The position numbers and the translations under genes were made by a program. From Octopus vulgaris (Eukaryota), in NCBI GenBank assembly GCA_951406725.2, contig OX597833.1, forward strand, positions 51,336,001 to 51,400,000: a stretch of 64,000 bases of DNA, read 5' to 3'. The notes under the pieces are model-generated. The model searched no databases, was not told the DNA's origin, and saw only the letters and a program-made list of their open reading frames with translations. Positions 56,093 through 64,000 of this stretch are shown piece after piece. Within the stretch, counting starts at the first letter, position 1; each line of letters starts with the position of its first letter.

Positions 56093-56340
56093 TTTACATA
56101 AAAAATATTATCCAAACACAAACTTTTGAAGTTTAGTATTGTCTTTTTTTTGTTTTTAACGCTTGTACAAAATTGGATTTGTTTTTGGTGGTAGTGTTGG
56201 TGGTAGTGTTCGTGTCACTTGTAGTGGTTGAGGTTGTAGTAGTGGTGTTGTTGTTGGCAGTTATGGTAGACGGCAAAACGACGATATCGTTGCTATTGTT
56301 GTTGTTGTCGTTGGTGGAGGTGGTGGTGACAGTGGTGGTG

Positions 56341-56805
56341 GAATTTCTCAATTCACTGGAGCCTCCTGGACTACCTCCACACATATTAGCACTTAAAGTT
56401 GGAACTCCTGTAATGCTACTCCGCAATCTGGAACCACCAAGACTTTGCAATGCAACACGACTGGTGATAAAGAAAATGATGTCACACGTTATCCAGGCGA
56501 TCATTCTTTCTGGATGTGGAAAAGCTGATGACGTCTTTATTCCAAGAGTTCCTCTTACTCCATCAGGAGCAGAAATTTCATTTACATTCAGAAGACTGCA
56601 ATTCCCCCTTTGTGTCAGCTTTGCCATGTCCATTAACAAATCTCAGGGTCAAACCCTCTCTGTAGCTGTTCTTCTCTTGGAAGAGCCCTGCTTCTCGCAT
56701 GGGCAACTGTATGTTGGCTACTCAAGAGTAGGAACCAAAAGAAATCTTTTTGTATATGCTCCACAAAGAAAAACAAGGAACATTGTTTACAACGAGGTGT
56801 TATAA
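56341..56805 (+). pseudogene. Helitron PIF1-like helicase C-terminal fragment
   Basis: [26 protein letters not shown]...LCN.TRL...FIPR...RRLQFP...[13 protein letters not shown]...[12 protein letters not shown]...T.NIVY.EVL*. The N-terminal Val-rich part of ORF 56173 is only (GTG)n. Confidence 0.92.
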
Positions 56806-57135
56806 TCACAACAGCCAGGAGGTATATACATGAAGAGCCCTGCTTCTCGCATGGGCAAATGTATGTTGGCTGCTCAAGAGTAGGAACCAAAAGAAATATT
56901 TTGGTATATGCTCCCCAAGGAAACACAAGGAACATTGTTTACAACGAGGTGTTATAATCACAAAAGCCAGGAGGTATATACATGAAGAGCCCTGCTTCTC
57001 GCATGGGCAAATGTATGTTGGCTGCTCAAGAGTAGGAACCAAAAGAAATCTTTTGGTATATGCTCCCCAAGGAAACACAAGGAACATTGTTTACAACGAG
57101 GTGTTATAATCTCAACAGCCAGGAGGTATATACAT
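56680..57135 (+). repeat. 3 x 152-bp tandem repeat of the helicase terminus
   Basis: GAAGAGCCCTGC starts at 56680, 56832 and 56984. Confidence 0.95.
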
Positions 57136-57188
57136 GATCCTCTTTTTTTTAACAAACTTCATGTACATTCATGTATTTATATTAATAT

Positions 57189-57256
<68 letters not shown>

Positions 57257-57330
57257 ATGTGTGTGTGTGTGTGTCTGTGTATCCATATATATATATATAA
57301 CAGAAAAGTCTAATTCTTCAATTGAATGTA

Positions 57331-57357
57331 ACCGGGCAACGCCAAGTATCTCTGCTA

Positions 57358-57358
<1 letters not shown>
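57331..57358 (+). mobile_element. Helitron 3' terminus
   Basis: ACCGGGCAACGCCAAGTATCTCTGCTAG|T: decayed hairpin plus CTAG, followed by (TA)n. Confidence 0.8.
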
Positions 57359-57448
<90 letters not shown>

Positions 57449-57470
57449 CATACATATATATATATATATA

Positions 57471-57515
<45 letters not shown>

Positions 57516-57533
57516 ATATATATATATACAACA

Positions 57534-57805
57534 GCCTCGGCGGAATTCGAACTCAGAACGTAGCGGCAGGCGAAATACCTATTTCTTTACTACCCACAAG
57601 GGGCTAAACACAGAGAGGACAAACATGGACACACAAATGGATTAAGTCGATTACATCGACCCCAGTGCGTAACTTGTACTTAATTTATCGACCCCGTAAG
57701 GATGAAAGGCAAAGTCGACCTCGGCGGAATTTGAACTCAGAACGTAACGGCATACGAAATACGGCTACGCATTTCACCCGGCGTGCTAACGTTTCTGCCA
57801 GCTCG
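57534..57805 (-). mobile_element. SINE family A plus truncated headless unit
   Basis: Junction AAAGAAATA|GGTATTTCG at about 57580. Confidence 0.88.
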
Positions 57806-58524
57806 TCCGACGCACCGCCATCTATCTATGAATACAATGATTTCGTCAGCCATTTTAACAATAATACGCCAATAAGCTCTGAGCAAGTGAATGAGATTAA
57901 AGTCATGAAAGGAAGTGTTTAAGTGACTCTACGAAGTCTTCCCATACACAGCGTGTGTGATTGTATCGCGTGTCTATAAATATGTATATGTGTTTATAAA
58001 TTCTATGTGCCTTTTATGTGTACGTGTGTCTGTGTTTGCGTGGCATTATGTAGGTGATAACAAGAGTAAATGTTTTACTGCCTGCTCCTCTTAATGAGCC
58101 ATCTCGCCATTTTGCAAATGGCGTCATTTTGCAAATGGCGACAACATCTATTTTATTAGAAACAAAATAGAAACGATATAACAGCCAATATTTGTTCAGT
58201 CGTTTTGCACGCGCGTAAATCGATGAGGAATAAAAGGAGCATGCTCCGATTTGCACGTGATCTACGTGCTTAGAACACGTGACAATATTTCGAAATAATA
58301 ATGCTGATTGTTCGTGTCATTGCTGGTTTTTCGCATTGGGTGCCTAAATCTCTCATTGACCCGTGAAGTACGGTCGTAACAGTTTTTATTTAGTGCTGGC
58401 AATCATAGTGCTTACATTATTTAGGATATTAACCATTCTGCAGACGTGGAGCAAGTTTGGGGTGGCGGTTGCGGGGGTGGGGGGTGTAAACACAAAGGAG
58501 AAATAAATAAAAAATTAACCGTCT

Positions 58525-58799
58525 GTGATGATGATGGTGGTAGTGGTGGTGATAGTGATGGTAGTGGTGGTGGTGGTGGTGGTGGTGGTGGTGTGGTGGT
58601 GGTGTGGTGGTGGTGGTGGTGGTGGTAGTTGTGGTGGTGGTGGTGGTGGTAGTAGTAGTGGTGGTGATGGTGGTGGTTTTGGTGGTGGTAGTGGTAGTGG
58701 TGGTTGTGGTGGTAGTGGTGGTTTTGGTGGTGGTGGTGATGGTGATGGTGGTAGTAGTAGTGGTGGTGATGGTGGTGGTTGTGGTGGTGGTGGTGGTTT

Positions 58800-58830
<31 letters not shown>

Positions 58831-59020
58831 GGTGCTGGTGCTGGTGGTAGTGCTGGTGGTAGTGGTGCTGGTGGTGGTAGTGGTAGTGGTTGTGGAGGTG
58901 GTGATGATGGTTCTGCAGATAGTGTTAATAGAAGGGGTTGCGATGACGATGGTGATGGAGGCGGCGATAGTGGTGGTGGTGGTGGTGACGAGTTGTTGTT
59001 GGTGGGTGACGGTGGTGGGC
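58525..59020. repeat. (GGT)n block
   Basis: Directly visible. Confidence 0.95.
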
Positions 59021-59796
59021 GACGTTGGTGGACACGCTGTATCGTTCTGTATCGGTCTTGTTTTCTTTCGCCTATTTAATCCTTGTTTCGATATAAACGG
59101 ATTATAGACTTCCCGGGTTAAGCAAATAAAGTGCTATATGATGGCCAATTGCTATTGAAAACAACGGCAGCACCCAGATTAACGACGTTAAGCAGTATCA
59201 ATTCTGACTGACGCATACAGACGTGTGCTGTTTTTGGCAAAGTCAGTTGGGTCGTGGCTTGAGTACATTGGTGTTTCGTGCATTCAGTTTATTGTATTTA
59301 ATACTCACCAATACATAACAGCTACGGATGGCTGTGGATATCTGGCACACTCCGTTCAGTCGATGAAATAAATTTAATGAAATATTTTTGTCATCGAAAT
59401 TATTGGATCACTTTAAAGTATATCATGTTCAGGAGCATGGGGGGTTGATATGCTACTGAGGAGACAGATACGTGTGTGTATGTGCGTATTTGTGTATGTG
59501 TATTTGTGACTATGCATGTGTGCTTTATATCTGTGTGTGTATACATGTATGTACGTATGTGTATGTGCGTGTGGCAGCTGTGTGGTAAGAAGTTTCTTTC
59601 CCAACAACAAGGTTCTGGGATCGGTCTCTGCGTGGAATCTTGGCCAGGTATCTTGTGCAATCACACCGGGCCAACCAAAGCCTAGCGAGCAGTGTTGGTA
59701 CACGGAAACTGAAAAAGGCATGTTATGTATATATGTATATATATTTATATTTATATATGTATATATATATATATATATATAGCAATAATAATTCTC

Positions 59797-59848
<52 letters not shown>

Positions 59849-59999
59849 TATATATATCAAGATTAATCAGCCGAAATTCCGAGGATGATCCGGTTCTTGA
59901 CTGAAGATTAGAGGCTTCGAATGACCCGCCCATTTTTTTGTATCGTCTATTTGAATGTTTTGCATTCTTGTCCAATTTTGTATTTTTATATATATATTT

Positions 60000-60076
<77 letters not shown>

Positions 60077-61216
60077 GTATTTTTTAAAGCTTGTGTTACT
60101 TTGTGTTGACAGATTTGCACACGAAATACCCACCTTTTTAAATCAAAAGTTGTTAGTTACTATGGCGACAACACTACCTATCTATCTTTTAGATACACAC
60201 ACACATACACACACGCGCTCTCGCTCTCGCTCTCTCTCTCTCTCTCTCACTGTATTTCTCTCTCAGCAACTTTTGATTCTTCCTCTTCTGATTCTTCCTT
60301 ATGATTCTTCCCATTCTTTTCTCTATATATGAATGTCGTTACGGACAGACCGCCGGAGATCAGCTTCTTTTTTAATAATATGCTATAAATAAAATGCCCA
60401 ACTCGTTTTAAAAGTATATATTTCGTCTGTGCCACTATCACGTTTGGAATATCACCCATAACATCTGGTTTAGTAGTATTGGCCTGAAACGTCATCGTAA
60501 CACTTGGAATCCTTTTATATAGATATTATATGGAATAAGTTTGTTGCGAAACGAATGTTAGAAATCAGTTAAAAGAGGTTGCTTTATCAAAATAAAATTA
60601 CAGTATTTCAATGTATTAACCACATCTTTAGATATGAAATTTCGCTTTAAATGTTTAAAACTACATCGGTTTCATTTCCAATTGTTATCGTGTTCTTGCA
60701 TGTGCACAAAGCTATTATATTTTTTATGTTAAGTAGTTTCTTCAAGAGTATATTTTTCAACAAAAAATCCCTCTCGAGGCGCTCTCCATTCAAAAGCATG
60801 TACAAACACCAGTTGGTGGAACAATCAAAGCAGATCTATTAATACTTTTATTCTTGACATACTGTAAGTGAGTACACTTGGTTTACTGTAGCTATTTCAT
60901 TACTAAAGCGTTTTCGCTGGCAACTGTTTTGATATTGACGTAGTAACATACATGTCTACTTGCACTGGTTTCGGAATCTCTCCAGGTGATACAAAGGAGA
61001 TCATTTACTGCTTTTCCGTGGACATGTCACATTAAAAATTGCTGAACATGTGCTTTGTTTCCCTAAGTTATGAGTTTGTGTATGGTTAGCAGCCTTGTTG
61101 CTTGAAAACATTTCTTGTTCCGAATACACCAAGAGAATTTAAAAGGAATTTATCTATCCGATGCAAGAGAGGATATTCTCTATTTCAGATACTGGCGATT
61201 TCGTTCGGTTGTGTAC

Positions 61217-61880
61217 TTGGCAGAATCGTTAGCACACCGGGCGAAATGTATACCGGTATTTCGTCTGCCGCTACGTTCTGAGTTCAAATTCCGCCGAGGT
61301 CGACTTTGCCTTTCATCCTTTCGGGGTCGATAAATTAAGTACCAGTTACGAACTAGGGTCGATGTAATCGACTTAATACCTATGTCTGTCCTTGTTTATT
61401 CCGTCCCCTCTGTGTTTAGCCCCTTGTGGGTAATAAAGAAATAGGTACTTGGAGCCGTGTTAAGGCGCTGAGCTGGCAGAATCGTTAGCACCCCGGGTGA
61501 AATGCTTACCGGTATTTCGTCTGCCGCTACGTTCTGAGTTCAAATTCCGCCTAGGTCGACTTTGCCTTTCATCCTTTCGGGGTCGATAAATTAAGTACCA
61601 GTTACGTACTGGGGTCGATGTAGTCGGCCTAATCCGTTTGTCTGTCCTTGTTTGTCCTCTCTGTGTTTAGCCCCTTGTGGATAGTAAAGAAATAGGTATT
61701 TCGTCTGCCGCTACGTTCTGAGTTCAAATTCCGCCGAGGTCGACTTTGCCTTTCATCCCTTCGGAGTCGATAAATTAAGTACCAGTTACGCACTGGGGTC
61801 GATGTAATCGACTTAATCCGTTCGTTTGTCCTTGTTTGTTCCCTCTGTGTTTAGCCCCTTGTGGATAATAAAGAAACAAG
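61217..61880 (+). mobile_element. three SINE family A units in tandem
   Basis: Units at about 61217-61443 (GTACTTGG on both sides), about 61468-61694, and a headless unit at about 61695-61880. Confidence 0.9.
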
Positions 61881-62689
61881 AAACTGATAAACTCCTTTTC
61901 TGATACACTTCTCAGAGAATTAGAGGGTTGAAGCGCATTTTAACAAAAACAATTTTTCCCCATAGCGAAAGTAGGCGAGTTGGAAAGTCCAGAAAGCTGT
62001 TAGAAAGTAAGGTACAGGACGAAAGGGCTAGAAAGCATATGTTCATGGTTTATCTTTCACATAGCGTTGAAAGACGAAAACTATGAAAACATAATACGTT
62101 CCCAGGTGTATTTAAGGTTACTTAAAATTTCTCCTGATGTAAGAAGCGTTAAAGAATCACCAAATTTTAATAAAATAAGAAAATAACTTGTTTCGTAAAT
62201 ATAGCTGAATATAAGAAGTGAGATGTTATAATTTCTGAGAAGACATTTTCCATTTTGTGGGCAAGAAAACAAAGTCTCAGTCATTAAATATTTTCATTTG
62301 GTATTTTAAAATTAATTTCTTCTAATATGTATAAATTATGGATAAAGCTTAGATTACATATAATGGTTTGCATTGTGTTAATATACCTGCTGATATTGTA
62401 AGATAGGTTGTTCGTTTTAAAATACTATACATATATAAATGTTACTAAACTCGGGACTAAAAACATTTGTAATGTTCTAATGTACGTTTATACAGACAAT
62501 ATTTCAAGCTGTTTTATCAGGTCACTCAGCTGTGCTACCGACAATATATTATCAGGTACAACGTTCGGAGCAATTAGATCCAAGGTGACTGAAACGGCTC
62601 CAACATTTGATTTGCCTGAAAGGAAGGTCTCTAGAGTTATGTAAAACAGAAACAATAACGGCCAGAAATATAGATGGGCGCAACATAAG

Positions 62690-63100
62690 GTAAACAACTA
62701 TCATATACTGTTTAATCCGAGACTCAGAAATTTCGGATTAGTGTCCAGTGTAATGTATGACCGTTGGGAGTGAAGCAGCACTTAGCTTTAATTTTAGTAT
62801 GTCTCTAAGAGAATGCAATACTGAGTTCACTACTACACCAGTGATGAAAGTGGACAGGAGGCCAGGCTGGACAACTTTGGGGAGAAGCCGGACTAGAAGA
62901 AGGATAGCTCTGAACAAAAGCTGATTGCTAGTCAGTGTCTGTGATTCGGCTGTGGCGATGTGGATTAATTAATTCCAACAGTAAAATGGGTCAAGAGAGA
63001 AGCTGAATTCCATCAAATCTATTCATGCAGAAGAAAGCATGTGGATGCAACGAATGGGTCGTGTGTGAGATGAATTTGCCCAGTAGGGCCACGTAATATG
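62690..63100 (+). pseudogene. possible very old LINE ORF2 C-terminal relic
   Basis: Frame-broken peptides YTVLIR.. and GWTTLGRSRTRRRIALNK weakly recall LGW.TL..RR...RL..FYK. Confidence 0.3.
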
Positions 63101-63284
63101 TCAGCAAAAGAGAGCGTCTAAGATATCAGGCCATAATGATTGACGAGGGTGAAATTTTAAAATCTATATATTATACCATATTTTAGCATAAAATATACTG
63201 CACGCAGCCTGATAAGCCCTGTATTCGCGAAAGTTCAAGTTGTAATGTGAATACATATAATATACAGCAACTAGTAAATATATA

Positions 63285-63698
63285 CTCTCCTTTACTCTTT
63301 TACTTGTTTCAGTCATTTGACGGCGGTCATGCTGGAGCACCACCTTTAGTCGAACAAATCGACCCCAGGACTTATTCTTTGTAAGCCTAGTACTTATTCT
63401 ATCGGATCTCTTTTACCGAACCGCTAAGTTACGGGGATGTAAACATACCAGAATCGGTTGTCGAGCGCTGTTGGGGAGACAAACACAGATATACAAACAC
63501 ACACACACACACATATATACATATACATATATATGACGAGCTTCTTTCGGTTTCTGTCTACCAAATTCACTCACAAGGCTTTGGTCGGCCCGAGGCTATA
63601 GTAGAAGACACTTGCCCAAGGTGTCACGAAGGGAGACTGAACCTGGAACCATGTGGTTGATAAGCAAGCTACTTATCCCACAGCCACTCCTGCACCTA
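63285..63698 (-). mobile_element. SINE family B
   Basis: Full-length homolog. Confidence 0.9.
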
Positions 63699-63773
63699 TG
63701 TTAAACTTCTTGCATCATGTAGGTGAGTATAATTGATATACACGCAAACAGATATTCACGCACACACAGCCAC

Positions 63774-63863
<90 letters not shown>

Positions 63864-64000
63864 GGATATATATGTATACATACTTTCATATATATATATA
63901 TATATATAATGTTACAGTTTTTGAAGACTAATCTACTATTAAACGAAGAATACGTGTTTACATTTACTAAATTAAGTGTCGTTGGAAATACAAATGAGCT

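Noticed and set aside
56173-56805. Host PIF1 helicase gene with a hydrophobic N-terminus
   Set aside because: Only C-terminal motifs are present, the N-terminus is (GTG)n, and a Helitron CTAG end follows.
59885-59935. Hammerhead in the 16312/59857 repeat (CUGAAGA...GAA)
   Set aside because: No GAAA or stem III and no stem I pairing; the sister copy does not keep the core.

Overview
Repeat-saturated, AT-rich animal DNA (intergenic or intronic) with no supportable host protein-coding gene. The SINE families and extreme microsatellite load look like an octopus/cephalopod genome; this is an inference from recalled repeat sequences, not a database result. Almost every ORF in the supplied track is a microsatellite translation. 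Real content: (1) at least six tRNA-like SINE families (my labels A-F) that swap modules; (2) four 5'-truncated copies of an L1/Tx1-type LINE, all ending in (GATA)n and three stacked inside one GATA array; (3) short Penelope-like repeats from at least four unrelated families carrying minimal type-I hammerhead ribozyme motifs, one with a compensatory G3-C8 core swap; (4) a 10-unit 151/174-bp tandem array grown out of a CR1/Jockey-type LINE 3' coding end; (5) Helitron pieces (PIF1 helicase C-terminus with a triplicated end, and a near-complete non-autonomous element); (6) RTE, mariner, piggyBac-type and GG-ended MITE relics. All structures were read by eye, so boundaries are approximate.
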